44,648 nucleotides of DNA from Rozella allomycis CSF55 (lineage: Eukaryota), in assembly GCA_000442015.1 (NCBI GenBank), contig KE560848.1, positions 219,389 through 264,036 of the forward strand, in the 5' to 3' direction. Positions 43,008-44,648 of the stretch are shown here, piece by piece (the first letter of the stretch is position 1; every line of letters starts with the position of its first letter). The position numbers were made by a program, and so were the translations under genes. The notes under the pieces are model-generated. The model searched no databases and had not been told where the DNA came from. It was given only the letters and a program-made list of their open reading frames with translations.

Positions 43008-44648
43008 ATGAAAAAAATTCTACTCTTAGGGTTTCTTAGTTTTATTGTCGCTCCACCTGTTGCCAATAATGTTTGTAGTCGTCCTTTAAATGTTTTGATG
43101 CTCGGATACTATGGTGCAGGCAAATCAACAATCGTAAACGTACTGAATGGTTTGTGTGACTTACACCCAGGTGATGCCGCAGAAATAGCTGCTACGGGCT
43201 TAGCCAACAATGTAGTTACAACTGAGTGCGAACTCTACTCTTGCACATATGGAGGGAGATCTTTGAATGTTGTTGACACACCTGGATTTCAAACAGTGGA
43301 AGCTGCGAATAACGCTGTGAGGAACCTCATAGCTGACGAAGTTCCTGAACTTTTTCGTGATGGTATAGATGCTTTCATGCTAGTGTTGCCCTTGGGAAGA
43401 ACACCTGAGCAACGTATTGTGGATATGATCGATTTTCTTAATTCATTAATTACCGAGGAAGGTTTTAACCGCGGCTTTGTTGTTTTTTCCCACGCTGAGG
43501 GCATTTTAATGAATGAAAATCAAGAAAGCGAAAGAATTTCAGAATTTCAGAGAACTGTCCTGGCTTTGGCTCCAAATGCAGAAAGGTTTTTGAATTCAGT
43601 GCAGTATATGTTTTATCGCCATTATTACGGACTTAAAGGTCAAATACCGCTTGATTACATCAGTGTTCGAAGGGAATTTCTCGGACGGGCGTACAATAAC
43701 ATATTCCAGTTATGTGAAGCTAACAATGGAAACACTTTTAGTACGATTGAAATGAGAAGGGCCAAAGAGAGATTTGATAATCAGAGACGTGAAATCGAAC
43801 AATATCGGACAATGCGTAAAGAACTTGAAGAGTTATTTTCAGCAATTATTAGTCGTAATGAAAATGATATTTCGTCCGATCTTCTTGAAATAAGAAATAA
43901 TATTGGTGATAATGCCCCTGCAACATTTGAAATTCCAGGTGGTCTAACTCAGGATGAAACATTAACAGAAGAAAGGAATTTCCATGAGCAAACAAGAAAT
44001 TTGAGAAATTACGTCAATGAATTTATCGCTTTGCAGAATGAATTGAGTATTATGTCTAGAAACGTTACCGTATTGACGGATGAGTACTCTATCGCGCGTC
44101 AGAAATATAATACCGAAAAGGATTCGTTTATTAGTCAAACGGAAGAAATTAAAGCTGTGCAATGTGGTCCTCTATATAATCCAAGTGAAAAAAATTTTGG
44201 GCAGGCATTGTTAATGGCGATGTTGCCTGGTTCAGAGTTTGCTCTTCGAATGCTTTGTCATAACATTCGCCAGAATATACAACGTGAACTGGATTCGGTT
44301 CCAAAGTATTATATTGACAAGTACATGACAAGAGCGGGTTTTAACAATGACAACTTTGACATACCTGTGCTTGATAATAATAAGCCATCTATTAATGATT
44401 ACCTTGCACGAATTGAATTATTGGAAGAAAAGACCGCAAGAATTAGTAACAGGATTACAGAAATTAGGCAATTGAAAGAGGAAATGAGAAACGCAGTTTA
44501 CCTTGTGGAAGATTATGAGCACAAAGAAAAAATAATAGAGGAGGGTGGGATATTGTTCGCGCATCCGCAAATGAAGCAAATGATATTTAAGCAGAAAGTA
44601 GTTGTTATGAATGAAACTCAAAGGTTTCAAGGAGATCGTCGTATATTT
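43008..44648 (+). CDS. Signal-peptide AIG1/GIMAP-like GTPase, copy 3 (stop codon lies beyond the window)
   Basis: ATG at 43008 gives MKKILLLGFLSFIVA, GYYGAGKST, VTTEC, VVDTPG, LVLPLGRT and VVFSHAE. It is absent from the ORF track, consistent with no stop before the window end. Confidence 0.85.
   Translation, partial: MKKILLLGFLSFIVAPPVANNVCSRPLNVLMLGYYGAGKSTIVNVLNGLCDLHPGDAAEIAATGLANNVVTTECELYSCTYGGRSLNVVDTPGFQTVEAANNAVRNLIADEVPELFRDGIDAFMLVLPLGRTPEQRIVDMIDFLNSLITEEGFNRGFVVFSHAEGILMNENQESERISEFQRTVLALAPNAERFLNSVQYMFYRHYYGLKGQIPLDYISVRREFLGRAYNNIFQLCEANNGNTFSTIEMRRAKERFDNQRREIEQYRTMRKELEELFSAIISRNENDISSDLLEIRNNIGDNAPATFEIPGGLTQDETLTEERNFHEQTRNLRNYVNEFIALQNELSIMSRNVTVLTDEYSIARQKYNTEKDSFISQTEEIKAVQCGPLYNPSEKNFGQALLMAMLPGSEFALRMLCHNIRQNIQRELDSVPKYYIDKYMTRAGFNNDNFDIPVLDNNKPSINDYLARIELLEEKTARISNRITEIRQLKEEMRNAVYLVEDYEHKEKIIEEGGILFAHPQMKQMIFKQKVVVMNETQRFQGDRRIF

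Noticed and set aside
1630-44630. Many short antisense or overlapping ORFs in the track (e.g. 2702-3028, 25694-26122, 33212-33565, 41412-41657, 43289-43504)
   Set aside because: They are shadows of real genes on the opposite strand or of repeats, with no independent coding signal.

Overview
Gene-dense, AT-rich eukaryotic DNA with tiny GT-AG introns, almost all 26-34 nt, and intergenic gaps often under 100 bp. It carries fungal-type housekeeping genes (SWF1, SET3/4, NSA1, SVP26, GDI1, FYV10, GPI15, SFC1, KAR2 with HDEL, CCP1, Pol X, a UFO1/pof10-like F-box gene, tRNA-Gly) and flagellar genes (CFAP58, IQCE-like). This points to a zoosporic early-diverging fungus, most plausibly a Rozella-like endoparasite (inference, not verified). 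Position 20.3-24.5 kb is a gap-ridden repeat island holding a restriction-endonuclease-fold gene and its relic, a copia fragment, a Ca2+-ATPase relic and miniature Helitron-like elements. The window ends in a tandem array of at least three intronless AIG1/GIMAP-like GTPases with signal peptides, differing catalytic motifs and a hypervariable loop; this is the best candidate for a novel effector system. Other highlights are two 'double' introns in CFAP58 that look like back-to-back minimal introns around a zero-length exon, an exact animal/plant-type ERSE (CCAAT-N9-CCACG) in the BiP promoter, and a G-alpha lacking the catalytic Gln. Gene models were spliced by eye, family calls come from recalled motifs, and single Ns mark probable assembly gaps.
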